Assembly (NCBI GenBank): GCA_030704615.1
Contig: CM060734.1
Coordinates: 35,340,001-35,404,000, forward strand
DNA: 64,000 nucleotides
Direction of reading: 5' to 3'
DNA from: Takakia lepidozioides
Taxonomy: Eukaryota; Plantae; Bryophyta
Within the stretch, counting starts at the first letter, position 1; each line of letters starts with the position of its first letter. Positions 24,345 through 38,303 of this stretch are shown one piece after another. Below the pieces are notes generated by a model. That model had not been told where the DNA came from. It saw only the letters and a list, made by a program, of their open reading frames with translations, and did no database searches. The position numbers and the translations under genes were made by a program.

Positions 24345-27300
24345 ATGGGGACATCTGAGGAGGGAAAGGCAGGCAGTGCCACCTTTGCGGCTTTGAGGCC
24401 TCTGTGCACGCGTTTGCTGGAGCTTGCAGTTGCCAAGCCAGATGACTGTGCATCTTTGCTCGAGTCGCTTGCCGAGGTTGTTGCGAACGAACCGCTCGCA
24501 GGCTTGCGAGCATGTATGGAGTAAGTTTGTGACCATCAGGACTTTTGGACAATTTAGACGGGTGGAACTTGGTCCGGTGAATCATAGGCAATTGTGCAAT
24601 TTTTGGCCGAAGCAAACTATGTTCCAGAAAATTTGTGGTTGGGCATTTGCGAATTTCCGATTGATAACACGAAAGAACACGTGCATTTTCTAAGCACATT
24701 TCGCACCCAAATTTGCAGTGGACAGCATTTTGAAATGTGTAAACGATCTGGCTGATGGGCAGCTGCTATTGTGTCTAATTACTTTCATTCTCTCAACACT
24801 GCAATCTAAGAGTAAGAGCTCCGCAGGTGTTGAGCAATACGGAGATCATGTTTAATCCTTCCGCAAATTTTTGTTTCGAAAGGAAGAGACCCAGCTCTAT
24901 GGTACTCCGGTTCAAACTTCAAATCCTAGGGGTTTTGAGCTTCTACCGAGCTGAAGACTGTTGACATGCGCAGTCCCTCGCTTTCTCAAAAACTGAGGAG
25001 CAAGCACATGACAGAATTAAGGGTTTTTCCTTTATCGTTACCAGTTACAGGTTCAAACACTAGCTCTGGGTGCACCATAAAGAAACTACAAACTCAGACG
25101 TTTTGAGATAACCAGCACTACCACCCAATAAAGGTGCGAGTGGTGTGCATTCTTCACTGCCGACCATGGGAAGGTTGAATTTGATGGGGTGGTGGTGGGT
25201 GGTATGTTGGGCAGCTATGTACTCTTCCCACTTGTGCTACTTATGGATGCGGCGGTTTCCTGTAGAGGGCCTGTTACATCCAGACAGAGCTCTAGTTCAA
25301 AGAAGGGCCAAGGAAGGCTTTTTGTGGGTGACAAAGTAGCTGAGGGTGTTGTTGTTTGCTTGGAGATGGTTCTGGAGCGCTGTCCTTGTAAGAGTACTCC
25401 TCAGGTGCAATATCTGTCTATGGCTCAAGGACAACACTGGCATGTATGGGTTATACTATGTCCGATGTGTGATTGTACTGGGATGCTAAGGATAATGTTT
25501 AACTTCCTCTTCACTGGTTATCAAGGTTGTAAGGATGTTGCATATACATGCAGAACAGTCTGTGACATCTGGAATCATCACAGTGTCTGCTTGGGATTAA
25601 ACCACTCTCCATTCTTAGCTCTTTTGGCTTTCGGCCATGTCTCCTTCGCATGGCAGGTTCTGTTGATGATTGATTAAGCTTTACTGGGTCATGAGTAGTT
25701 ATCGCTCTGGAATGGCATGTGGGGCCAGATAACAATGCTGCTGCGCAAGTTGACTGCTGCGGCAGTATTATCACCAGCAGAGGCATCAGAAGAGTTTCGA
25801 CATGGTGTGGTCAAGTGTGTAAGGGCTCTTCTGCAAGCTCTTTCTCCATGCACTTCGTCTTCTTGCAGCTGCAAATTTATTCTTCCATCCCCGTTCATTA
25901 CATTGAACCAGCAGCCGTTGGAATTGTATGTGGGCTTTGGGCATCATGGTAAAGATTCGTCTTCTGAGGATGCCATGGACGAGGAGGCTGCACTGGGTGA
26001 GGACTGTCCACTGGGTTTTCTGCAGTCGCATTACATGGCCGCTGCTGTTGGCCATCTGCTCTCTCTTTTGCTTCAGGTCTGATCACGGGTGCGCGTTCCC
26101 TCTGTGTTGTTGTTTTCTTCCCTTGGACCTCCAGCAATTTAACTTTTTTAATCAATAAACTTCTTCATCTTCTTTCTCGCCAGTGAATAGGCAGTCATCT
26201 CTCTCTCTCTGTATCCCTCTCTTTCTCTTTTCTCTTTTCTCAATGGCCACAAGGCTACGGCAAACAACATCTTATGAGTACAATCTGTTCTCTGCAACAT
26301 CTTATGACTACATCTCTTTCTCTTTCTCCATAAGGATTTGGACCATTGAGGGACCGCTTTGCAACGGAGTCTCCAATCCTTACATTTGTCTTAGCTGGAT
26401 ATTCCTACAAGTCTGTCTTCGTTGTGTGTTAAAGATTGCAAAAAGAGAAGCAGCTCAGGCAGGACTTGGCAGTGGGAAGTTGAGAGAAGAAGCCTTTTCA
26501 ACTCTTCGCACTCTGCTTCTCAAGGTGAAGTCCCGGATCCTGCTTAGTGTCATTTTCTTCCCTTACCCACCCACCCCTCCCCCCCCCCTCATTTGCAAAA
26601 GCTTCACTGGTTTCTAGGGCCAGCATAGAAAGTTGCTTTGCTAGAAAGTTGCGACTAAGTCATGGCAAAGATTACTGTGCTTGTGATGAGTGCATGTGTA
26701 GTTGTGGTTGCTTAGCTAGTGCTTGACTTTATTGCAGGTGGGTAGTGCAGATGCACTGGCATTCTTTCTGCCTGGAGTGGCCAGCGGTTTTACCAAAGCA
26801 GTACGCAGCGCCATGACTTCAAACCGGCACTCCTCTGCTCAATCAGTGACCTACAAGACAGTGGGAGCAGCAGGAAGCACTGGTGCTTTGGAACAGGGTG
26901 TGAGAGGACTGGCTGAGTTGCTGGTATTAGTGCTGGCTGATTCTCGCAACTTGTCCTGCCTTCAAGGGTTTGCATTTGATGGAGGCGATGGAGGTGGGGA
27001 AGATGTGAGAGTGGAGCCGCAGTCCGCCGAGGCAGCCTTGGAGACACTGCGGGGCCTCTCTTTGCAGCTCCAAATGGGCAGGACAGGAGAGGGTGAGAAG
27101 CGAATAGCAGAAAGGGTGGTTGGACTGAAGGATAAGGGAAGGGAAGAGTTTCAAGTTATGGAGGGTGGAGTGGGAGATCCTCTTTTGCGTGTAGAACGCA
27201 ACCAAGAGTGGTTGCAGCAGACAGCACAGCATGTGAAGACTTTGCTCTCTGAGAACCTACCTTTGGTATGGAGTGCATCAACTGATTCTTCCCCAAGTAT

Positions 27301-30300
27301 GAAGGTTTTCCGTATTTGCTCTTACAGTATTCATAGTTACTTGCGGTGTCTTGGTATGTGGCTACCATTACCATTAAAGCCTTCCCGGAGAATGACAGTT
27401 ACAGGACTATGTCTTGTGGCAATTTGCTGACTGCAATGACATCAGAATCACTTGGTAGGAGTAGCATTTGTGAGAAGCTTTATAAGAAGCTTAGTTTTTC
27501 CCGCATATTGAGATTTTGGCAATGACATCAGAATCGCTTGGTAGGAGGAGCATTTGTGAGAAACTTTATATGAAGTTAAGTAGTTTTCCCCCCATATTGA
27601 GATTGGCAGGGACATCTCTCAAGCCGAAGGCTGTTTTTTTGCATATGAGCCACAACAAGGGCCTTATGTCACCTTGGGAAGGATCCTCTATTGGAGTGTT
27701 AAACTCTACGTTTGGGGCATTGGAATGGGGTAGCTGTGTGCACATCCTGCTCCGGCTGTGAGGCTGACAGTGGTGGAGACGGCTGCTGTTCTTCTCTTCT
27801 CTTGCGGTGGCACCCTGGAAAATTGCATAACCTTGCTTCTGGTATGATTTTTTGTTCTGGGACTGTGATGTTATGGAATTTGTGTCAGCTAATATTTTAT
27901 TAGTTCCTCACTCTCTCTCAGGCTTAACACATGCACTTTTGCACATTCTACATTTGACAGACGAGCAGTGCCAGGAGGCTGTTCAGTACTAGGTTCATTA
28001 CGATTCCTAGGTCCATACCTCAATCCTTGGCTGGTTGTGCAGGAGTGTTTGTTAGCTTTGGCTTGTGATGAGTGGCAGCATGTCGCCTCAGCAGCGCACT
28101 TGAATCTGGCAGTCATTATGAGGTTGGCGTCTGCAGAGGTGCAATGCAATCAAGCTTGCTTTTCTTCACAAAGAAACTCGCAGTGGTCCCGATGTAAGAC
28201 CCGGTCAAAACTGCAGAAGGGATATCTGATCAAAGTACTTAAAAGGTACACTTAATGAGAGTAATCCTGTACTTTCAGTCCGATTTACCAACTTGAAAAG
28301 CTTATTTCCCTCGTCTCCATTGCTCAGCATTGTCATTTCTGTTTTCACGATACTACTTCTCTTGGCATATGAGGACATGTGAGACAATGTGATCTAAAGA
28401 ATTGTACACAGACCATTCTCTGGGGGTGATTGCCGCCAGGAGGAGTCTTACCATATGATCCAAACGAAGTAGGATGGTTGCATGAGGTAGTCATCGCATT
28501 CTGCAGTTTGAAGTGCTACTCTTTGTGGTGTAGAAATCTGTCAATAGTTGAATGTATGAAACATTTTATATCTACTGTAAAGTGGGATTCTCATATTGAC
28601 ACTCTCCAGATAAGTTCCAAAGATGCACACAAAATGAAAAGGAAGGTAACTGGGGAGGTAACTTTGGGTGCAGGCTGTTGGATAGACTGCCACAAGCAAT
28701 ATTTGCAGGGAACGAGACCATGGCAGTACTTCATGCACGCCGTTTGGCTGCAGCGCTCTACTTTGTGGGGCCACAAGGGGTGTGCTCCTCTCTTCTTGAC
28801 TCTCCGGTAATTTGAATTTGACTCCATCTCTGGTCACTATCATCCAGGGATTTCTAAGGCTTCAGGTGGTAGCCCTCTATTTGAAAGGTCACTTGGGTAG
28901 GATGATACCTTGTAGAAGTTGTGGATACCTACTCACCTGCCCCATTATGAGGCAGTATCAACCAGGTGTTGAGAGCTCCGGAGGTTGACAAAGTACAGTC
29001 ATTCATAGAGTTGTGCCTGTCAGGTTGTGATAAGCCTAAAAATCACTCATACAACAATCATTTCTGATGGTGAAGTCCCTGTGGTGGTTACAGGAGGCAT
29101 ATGAACATTTTGTGCGGACTATGACACAGTGTTTGAGCTTTCAGTCAGCTTTCACTGGCTCCATCGATCTTTCCACCTTGGCTACTGTGCCACCATTGTC
29201 AGTCCGTATCCTCTCTGAGAACAAGGGGGATGGGATCACCAATCAATCAGAAACTCAGCAAAGCCCTGGGAAACCAAATATGTTGCAGCAGCAGACTGCT
29301 AACCAAACTCTCCACGCTGATAATGGTCACCCACCCAGTCAAGAGACAGTGGCAGCAGAGCAGCTTCCACGCATGCCACCCTGGCTCACGCACCATTCCA
29401 GCAGACTCTATAGCACTATTGCTTGCATTCTCAGGCTTGCTGGCCTTTCTGCTATTTTGGGTAGGTTGAATCACTTGTTGTCTGCTGTCAAGATCTTAAT
29501 TGCTCCCCCCAACCTAGCTCATATCAGTTTGGAGTTGGACTTCGTGTGTTGGACTGTAAATGTAAAGAGGTTTATGCTGACATTTTCAGGATTTGCGCAT
29601 AGAGCAAGCTCCAACTGATCTGTAAGTGGACACTTGGAAAAGGCAAAGCGTTTGCCGCATTGTGATACATAGAATGTGTATAGAATGTGCAGAATGTATT
29701 AGAAACAAAGATTTGGGACTGAATCAAGGAAAATGCAGGTAGCAATGGTGGGACAGCTTTGAAGTGCCTTGTGGACACTCTCTTAGAGACATTGAGGCAA
29801 GCTGCTACTGAACTCGGTCGGCAGCAAGCTGGCACCATGGATCTGGCCAGAAACCATGACAGTGGACAAGTGCAGCGTACCTCAGCCACTTCAGCCTGTG
29901 TGCTTAGTGAGCTCATCTATGGCGCCTCAGGGGCTTGGACCACTGTCTTTATTGGAGGGCAATCTGTAGGAGCCCAGTGGTCTGAGGTAGGAAGACATCC
30001 TGCAGAAGAAGCAACTGGATCAATGGGTGACGAAGCAGACTGGGTGAAGGGTTTATACTTTAGTGGTGGTTATCAGCATGAACAGTGGCAGCAGACCAAC
30101 AGAATCGAAGTCACAGCATGCCTCCATGAGTGTGTGGGTGAAATATTACATGACTATCTTGCCCCTGAGATCTGGGAGCTGCCCATTGATGCTACGTCGG
30201 CTTCTTACATGAATGTTCCTAACAGAGATCTGCAACTTTTACACATTCTTCAAGATAATTCTATGCTTCAGCAGGTGTTGCCTTTTAAACCTTGCTGGTA

Positions 30301-33300
30301 TTTCCTCTATTTTAGGACTCTCATGCTTCTAGCCACTCTGTTAATTATAAAAGTATTAGTTGCTTTCATGTATTTGAGAGAACTATGTGATCTATGTGCA
30401 GGTTTTGGTGGAAGGTGTAGGCGTGTTTGGAGTGGCACTTGGTCGTTCATTTGAGGATGGAGGATACTTGGCACTAGTTCTGTACGCTTTACTGGAGAAG
30501 CTGGGATCTATTAATCAGAGTGTTCATGATGCTGCAGATATTGCCCTACGTGCCATCTGCTTCCACTGTGGCTATCAATCTGTAAGACAAACCTGGCCCT
30601 TTCTACCTCCCTAGATTTGCAGCCAGTGCACTAAAACTTAACAGTTATCACATGTTTCATTTGGAGCACGATGCATGTGAGTTTCCTGTGGGAATTGCCA
30701 GGGGAGAGTTAATGTGATCGTGTTGGGTCAACCTTATGATTGGATTATTATTTAGAAACAGCTATTGTGCTATGCAAATGCCTTTCTCAGGTTATAGCTC
30801 TCGGGTCAGAAATGGTGAAAGCAGGGAAATAACTGGTGCTGCATGTCTGATGTCAAGTAGGAGCAAGCTTGATGATGTGGAAAATTTCTGTGGGCCATCA
30901 AGTAGACTAAAGATGGTTGAAGGAGGTTGCAGTTTGGGTGTATCATTGCTGAAAAGCTCCTCTACCTGTTATCTGACTCTCGGTGGATGGTAGGAGTGTC
31001 ACCCTAGTTGTAGCTTCTTTGTACTAAAGGACTGGAAGTTGGTGAATTCAGGTGAGGGAGCTGGTAGTACGCAACATGGATTATGTTGTAGATTCGTTGT
31101 GTCGGCAGCTGCGGCATATAGCACTGTACCCTCATGCCCCGTCTCTGTTGGCAGCTATCCTTCGCCACACAGGAGCTGCCCCCGACCTACTGCCCCTTCT
31201 TGAAGAACCTGTAAGCACCCAGCCTCTTCTATGTGCTAAGAACTTCAACTTAGGAACACCATCCTCTGACTTCAGAGCAACATCATTTTCAACTATTCTG
31301 TATGTCTTTTTGGTAACTTCCTTAGCAGCTTGTGCATGCAAGTATATTTCCGGGTTATTAATGTGTTTCAAGGTACTCGTCCTGCTCCTCTCAGCTCTAA
31401 GGAGGGCACATCTAATGTCCTCCTGTCAACATCATTGTAATTCTTGTCTGTGTTGCAGAATGGCTTGGTATGAACCCGTAAAACTGTACATTAACAGTGT
31501 CCGTTTTACACCGTTGCTGTGTAAATTTGGAACATTGATAGTAATCAATACGCTGTTCGAACAGTCTTATAACAATGGACTTGATTTTGGGACCACATGC
31601 AGATGCGTGGCATTGTCTTGGAGCTGGAGGTTATCGCAAGGCAGAATCATCCCCGATACACTCTGCCTCTTTTAAGGGTATGTGAAGCCCCTTTTGTGAG
31701 GAACTTGAGAAACCAACTCAACCTACTGTTGGGAGTAAGTTCATTCTTGAATATGCCCAACAGTGGAGTAGTCTCGGTTCATAAATCAACTAAGTGAGTT
31801 AAGTAGTTGGCTGTTTGGCTGTTTTCACACTAGATAGCACTATGATGTGTTGATGGTTGTCTTGCAACATAGTGAATGCATACTCTTTAGGTGTTGAAAG
31901 ATTACACTCGAGTAGGTTTTGATAATTTTGGCGCTCTTCTGCCATATGCACAAGGAGGCTGCTGTTTCTCAATGCATTCTGTATGTAGGGTTGTCTTCCA
32001 TTTGTATTATGTTGGTCAGGGCTAGTTTTATGGTTGAATTTGCGTGAGTTTGATCCTCTCTGGCAGTGGCATCATTGACCAGTTAATCTCACATGTGTAC
32101 AGGCGCTGCGGGAAATAGCAAAGGCAGTGCGGCTGGAAGGTGGGGATATGCTATCGAAAGCCTCAGAGGCTGTTGCCCTGTGCCAATTGACTTTGAAGAG
32201 GGATGTTGATGTCAACAGGTTTCACGTGGACAGCTATCAGAGTGTACGGTTGATGCAGCATGCAGCTGAGCAGGGCACTCAAAATCCCAGCTCTTCCACT
32301 GGTACAATGATGGCTTCACTTTTCTTATGTTGTTGGTATGAGAGGTCAGAAGATTTTTGACTGGGTTACTCATCAAAGAGGTTCAAACTCTCAGCCTGAT
32401 ATTGCCATGTTGTTAAGTGACGGTATTACTGAGGTTGCAAGGAGTACCTTAAGAAGAAGTGGGCGTGGCTACACTGATGCATTTACCTTTTCTGGATGAA
32501 GTAGGTACCGAGGAAGGCTTTCAAAGCATGGAGCATAGACCAGAAGCGGGTGGGCCTGATATAGATGAGATGATCACAGAAATCCAGGATAGACAGAGAC
32601 GGCAGTGCTCAGTGACAGCGTTGGCCACCTCGTGCCTTCATGCCTGTTCACCTCTCTTGGCTTCCAGGGAGTCACATACATGCCTTCTTGCTCTTGACAC
32701 CATTGAGGTGGGTTTGATCTATCTTTGATTTGTCTTTCCAAATCATCCACAGAATTTCTGCAAGATCAAAAAGAAAGGTTGGGATGGACTGTAATCAAGC
32801 CATATTCACATCTCATAAAACAGTACCTGCCCTTCAAATCATTTAGGCACATTTTGGCGTACCACAAGCAGAGTTAAGTAATAAAATATTTTGTGGATGC
32901 TTCTTAGTGCAAACCTTCCCTGGCAGTGCACAGGATATCTCTGCAGCTGCTGTGCTCAAAAATTTGATTTATGTTATACCACCCACAGTGAAGACCCAGT
33001 TGTAGAATCAGAGCAGCCAAATGGCTGCTGCTCAAACTCTACATTTTTCTGACCAGAAACTGCTCCAATCAGAGCCATGGTTATGTATTGGCACAGGAGG
33101 GTTTCTTTGTCCCATGATCTTTTGACTTGCCAGATAATAATTGAACGTCCTTTTAAGTATATGTGATGGAAGACAATGCCTCCTGTTAGTCAGTTTTGGG
33201 GTAGCAATGAGTAAGGGGGGCAATGGGAGGGCAGGATGGAGTAGCAGCGCTGTCGGACATAGAGGCAGCATTTTCTTATCTACAAGCACAACGCAACATG

Positions 33301-34651
33301 ATTAAAGAGTTCCTTAAAAATGGAGAGGGTGCTCCCAATGATTCTATCGGCTCCGATGGCAGTGAGGGGACAAATAACTTGCTGCCAGCTATGCATCGTG
33401 TATGGCCACATCTGGTACCTTGTTTGCGTCACAGCCAGCCTTCGGTAATCTCTCCTTTTTCCTTTTCTTCTCCACCAAATTGCGTGTAGATCCTCAGCCA
33501 CAGGGCTCCTGCATGATGTTGTAAGAAGGACATTTGTCCAGGTCTCTAATCAAGTCCTTCAGATCTTGTTTTCCTAACTGCACTAAGGTGGATCAATTCC
33601 AAAGTTGAAATTTTTTAAAGCTATGTCTCACACAGGTTAGACGGTGGGGGACATGAGCACAGGTGATTGAGCGCGCACTGGCTGTCATTGCCAGTGTTGC
33701 CAATGACTGTGGAGGACAATTTTTCGCACGCCGCATCGAACAGGATGCTCTACCTCTCTTCGTAAAGCTACTGCGCGAAGGCCCTACCCAGTACATGGTG
33801 CGGCCGTCTGATATGTCAAGACCGAAGTCAAGCCAAGAGCTCATGATTCTAAGAGGACAAGGTACTGACCGCCGGGAGACTGGGACGTCTCCAGCTGCAG
33901 TTCTCAAAGTGCAGCAGGCTGTGCTGAAGTGCATAACTGTGATTGCTGGTAGGAAGAAAAGTGCACCAGCAATGGATGCTGCGTATGGGCCACTAGTGGC
34001 ATGGGTTGTGGGCCTGGCTTGCAGGGTCCAGGCATTATGGCAAGCTGCATCGGATGCTCTTGTTGCTCTCTCCAATATAGACGCCGATCTCGTTTGGGTG
34101 CTTGTGGCTGATCTAGCATATGGTATGCACTCCTTTACATCATTATGTGTGCACTTGTCTGATTCACAGGGCCTTCTAGATGGGGGGTGTGAGGTTGGGG
34201 GCTCACTGATTTTAAAGGTTTGAAGGTGTTCGATTGATCAATAGTTCTTGTTCGTTAGTGCCTGCAACTCACGAACTTGTTGAATGCATTAATATTTTCC
34301 CCACTGGGTGGTCAAGTTTGTACATATTCTTAGAGTGAATAGTTGACATGCTTTGATGTGGATCACAAATGTACCTCATGGAGGGATTGGTGTCTAAAAT
34401 GAGTTTGTTGTTCCACCCCTATGTTCGCCGACAGCCCCTACTAGCTGACTATTTTAGCACAAACTGCAGGTGGGCATCAAGACATCAAGCCACCTGCAGA
34501 AGAATTTCCGGGCTTCAGCCAAATTTTTCCTCCGTTGCTCTCATCAAAGGATGCAATGTGCATGCAATATTCAGGCCTTGATGGCAAGGACAGTTTTGAC
34601 ACAAAAGCAGCACAGCAATTGCTTACAAAGCTGGAGTCTTCTCAACAATGA
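24345..34651 (+). CDS. TTI1: TELO2-interacting protein 1 homolog (HEAT/ARM repeats, multi-exon)
   Basis: FAALRPLCTRLL, YVLFPLVLLMDAAV, ASEEFRHGVVKC, ALAFFLPGVASG, LLEKLGS..V..AA, VRELVVRNMDYVVDSL, LLPAMHRVWPHLV, IDADLVWVL. Final exon ends at TGA 34651. Confidence 0.9.
26242..26312 (+). repeat. Copy of the GGCCACAAGGCTACGGC short retroposon end within a CT-rich tract
   Basis: Near-identical to 5013-5054, with its 3' part duplicated locally. Confidence 0.75.
27433..27605. repeat. Intronic tandem duplication, 2 x 86 bp
   Basis: GCAATGACATCAGAATC..CATATTGAGATT at 27433 and 27519. Confidence 0.9.
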
Positions 34652-35469
34652 TCCTACCGCCATTCACTGCTTGTTACTGAGGAGTTTTTCCAATGGTTTG
34701 GTAAACTAAAGTACATGTAAAGACCTGTGACCATCTCACTGGGCTCAAAAATCTGCTCAACCTGCCCATCAGAACTTGACGTATTGTGTGCTTTTGAGTG
34801 AAGTTGAGATGAGTCATTCTCCTTTGTCAAATAGACTATTCTTTGAGGCTTTGTTGACTGTATATACATGTGGAATACGGGCATAGAAAGACATCCGCTT
34901 CAGCCACAGAGGAAGAGTTCCGAGAGCCAGTTAATTTTGACATGTTAATGGCACATTATCTCCTAGGAATTTTGCTGATGGAAGGATCATCATTATCATC
35001 AGGACCATCTCAACTGATTAAACCAAACCCTAGGAAGTGCTTGGATAGGCATGCTCTGAGCTGCACATCGTTCCATTGTCTGCGAGGGCACCCGCATGTT
35101 ATTGTGTTGTCAAAAACCGGGGAAGTTGGAAACCTGCTAATTCTCGTCCTAGTCAACAGGCTTTACTTTCTCAGCTTTCCTGATCCTTACTATGCTTGCT
35201 TTTTCAGACCAAGCTTTCAGGCAGGATCAACTTATGAATCTCACAAGTGCCTACCTAAATTGTGACTGTAGCCTTTCAAGTTCATCAGAAAGGCTACTAA
35301 TAACTACATGGGCAATGTTGTCAAAATCATGTAATGCAACAAAATTTGATGGCAGTAACGATTTTTCATGCCAAAAGAATGTCTGCGAGCTGCCAAAACA
35401 GAGATGACCCTGGTGCAAGGCAAACCAAAAGAGGCACACAACTTGGATATTCAGCCAGATCGCGCTGGA

Positions 35470-37654
35470 TCAATTGTTTTCTTCCCTCCCACTGGCCCAT
35501 GTTACATTCTTCACAGGCCGTAAAATTTGCTCTACTTCTTGTAGAAGCTGTTCATCACAGTTTTCACCTTGCTCTACTTCAATGGCTGCCTTCACATTTT
35601 CTCTCACCTGAACATTGCCACCAGGCCCTGATTTTAGCACTCTCTGCAATTGCCATATTCTGGTCTGAATCAAGTTTCAAATCCCAATTGCGGCTCTTCG
35701 TCACCTCTTTTCAACAAAGTCTCATTTGAACTCAACAGAAAACGACATAATCAGAGGAAAAAAGATCTGTCACTGTGCTTCTGAACTCCAGCCAACTTTC
35801 GTACACAGCGAGTTGCTTCTGACAAACACAACACTTGAGAGATAGTGGAGATGGTGTTTAAGAGAAACCTGCTCAACAGAGTTCATGCCGACTAAAGTGG
35901 TAGCAATGTTGCTGTTCCTCATGGCATATTGGAGTGCAAGTTTTGCTATGCTCTTACCCTTCCCCTTGCATAACTCAGTCACAGTGTTGCAGGCCACCTG
36001 CCAACAACAATTTTGGGTCAACAAGTGATGTTCGAAAGATCTCTCTTCTCTCTCAACAGAGAGAAGAGAGAGAAGAGAGAGCAGAAAAGACACAGCAATA
36101 AGAATGTACTCATAAGACGTTCTTTGCCATAGTACACAGCATTAGAGATAGAAAGAGAGAATACCTTAACCTCTGGAGGTGCAGGGTGCCATTCAGGAGG
36201 ACCCTGTTCTGTTAAGAGCCCCATGGAGAGGGGCGAGGCACTGATGATGCCCACACCCTTCTCCTGCAAGTAGGGCACCAACTGCAGCAACGAAGTGTCA
36301 TTCAGGCTATGGTGGCAGTAGGAGAGCACCACCTCCACTGTCCCCCGTGGAACTCTGTTGAGCACATACTGGAAGATGGGCAAGGGTAGGCCAGAGATGC
36401 CAATGTGCCGGATTTTGCCTGACTCCTTCAGCTTTTGCAGTGCTGGTATGGTTTCTGTCACAATCTACAACCACACCCAAGGATCCAGACAGATGCTCAT
36501 TGATCCTGAAATAAACCTGCATTAGTTAGCTAAACTACCCAACCATGTGTGTGTGCTGAGATGGCAACTGCTTCAGCACAAGGTTTTATAGAAAATTTCA
36601 GAGAACATCAAGAAACCTACACAGCACAACCTTCTGTTCAAGGAGCAGACCTTCAACAAGTGGGTACCTGTACCCCAAACCGACACTGCGGAAAATTACA
36701 GATGAATTCCTCTCTCTGCAATTCAGAGAGGCTTTTGCTAAACGGGGCAAAACCAAAGAGTAGACAATTGACTGAAGATTATGAGCTATCTTTGATTATA
36801 TCGTAGGCGAGTAAGCCAAACTCAACAACATCCATTACTGATCAAGCAACAGACCCAGGATATTGTCACATGTACCTACCAAAAACCCAGAGATTTACGA
36901 CAACTGCACGTTCAGCCACTGGACTACTGCTTCCATTAATTTTTCTCTTTGCCACTCACGTGAAACACGGGTAGAGAAGGAGATTGGTGTTGCCTGATCA
37001 AGGGGCTCAAACTCGATGTCATGGCAGTGGATGAGATCCACATATGTGACATTCAAGCGCTGCAAGCTCTCCTCCACACTACGAGTAACGCGTTCGGCAC
37101 TGAAATCGAAGCCTGACCCATAGCGCCCACACTTGGTCGAAAGCACGTACGCCTCCCTCGGGATGGGAATAGTTTTTAACGCTTTCCCAAGCACTTTCTC
37201 AGCGAGCGTGTCGCCATAGTATCTGAAAATCCACATTACCATTAGCAAATTTTGACAGCCCCAAATCTATCACAGCTTCTATCTCACCCCACCAACTCAG
37301 CAGCATGCCCACAAACTCTGTCTTTCCTCTCCAACATAAAGCACTTTGGAATTTTTCTCTTTGTTATTATCTGCTCCTTCCAGAGCATATTGCCAGGGTG
37401 CAATCCACGCCGGTGGTGGAATGCCCTGGTAAGCGAGGGCGGTGCATTCCACATAAAAAATAGAACATACAAACATCCACGTACGGGGAGACATCGAAGA
37501 AGTTAATTCCAAGCCGCGCAGCTTCATGCACACTGGCGATGGCATCCTCCTCTTTCACACACCCAAAAATATTCCCCAGAGGTGATGCGCCGAATCCCAG
37601 GCTACTCACCTTCAGCCCTGTACCACCCAAATCTCTCAATCCAAGCCCCGCCAT
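35470..37654 (-). CDS. LGALDH: L-galactose dehydrogenase (aldo-keto reductase, ascorbate biosynthesis), 5 exons
   Basis: LGGTGLKVSSLGFGASPLG, NFFDVSPYYG, STKCGRY, CHDIEF, SYCHHSLND, ASPLSMGLLT, PVKNVTWASG. Exons 37654-37485, 37222-36994, 36464-36165, 35997-35869, 35607-35470. Confidence 0.95.
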
Positions 37655-37927
37655 CTCTCTCACTCTTACCAATTCCCTTCTCTTCAGAAGAATTCTCTTA
37701 CAGAAGATCCAGAGAAACACTCAGATTGCAGAGCTCCTCTCCTCCTCCTCACTGTGTTCTGATCCTTTGTATGTGTCGGAGTATGCCGGCTGCCACTTGG
37801 CCCTTCCAACAGCGGAAGGAGTACATCCATCCTCAAACATTACATCCACATATCATCTATCCACTCTATTGCTGGAGTAATGTATTTTAATTCCGGATTA
37901 TTTTGGCAGAAGATATTCCTGACATAG

Positions 37928-37973
37928 GTGGGCCCACGTGGCCAGTGCCATCTTTCAATTAGGTTTAGGGTTT
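37928..37973. promoter_or_regulatory. TCP/site-II element overlapping a G-box, plus a telo-box, in the divergent GalDH/GR-RBP promoter
   Basis: GTGGGCCCAC (37928-37937), CACGTG (37935-37940), TAGGGTTT (37966-37973). Confidence 0.55.
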
Positions 37974-38303
37974 CTGTATGGGAGCAACCGGGACCGGGGC
38001 GAGGTTCGGGCTGGGGTTTGCAGGCTCGGGCGTGGAGGTTTTTGTGTGCGGGGCTGCCCTGCCCGGGGGGATATCCGACGGTGACGATGCGCGGATATGT
38101 AGAGAGGAAGAGAGCGAAGTCCTCTTCGGGAACCTCCTCAGTTGGGTTGCATAGAAGCCGGCCTCGCAGAAGAGGGGGAGAGCAAGCCGCCATAGCCAAA
38201 CTGCTCGCTCCTGCCTCTCATTTTGGCCGTCAGACTGCTGTGCGGGTTCAGGTGTGGGTGCATTCGGGGCGAGTGTGAGGCGGCAGGTGGTGGGCGGATT
38301 ACC

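Noticed and set aside
17699-34651. Functional cluster of CCDC103 and TTI1 (both RUVBL/R2TP-linked) near LIG4
   Set aside because: They are separated by unrelated genes and there is no synteny evidence, so chance is sufficient.
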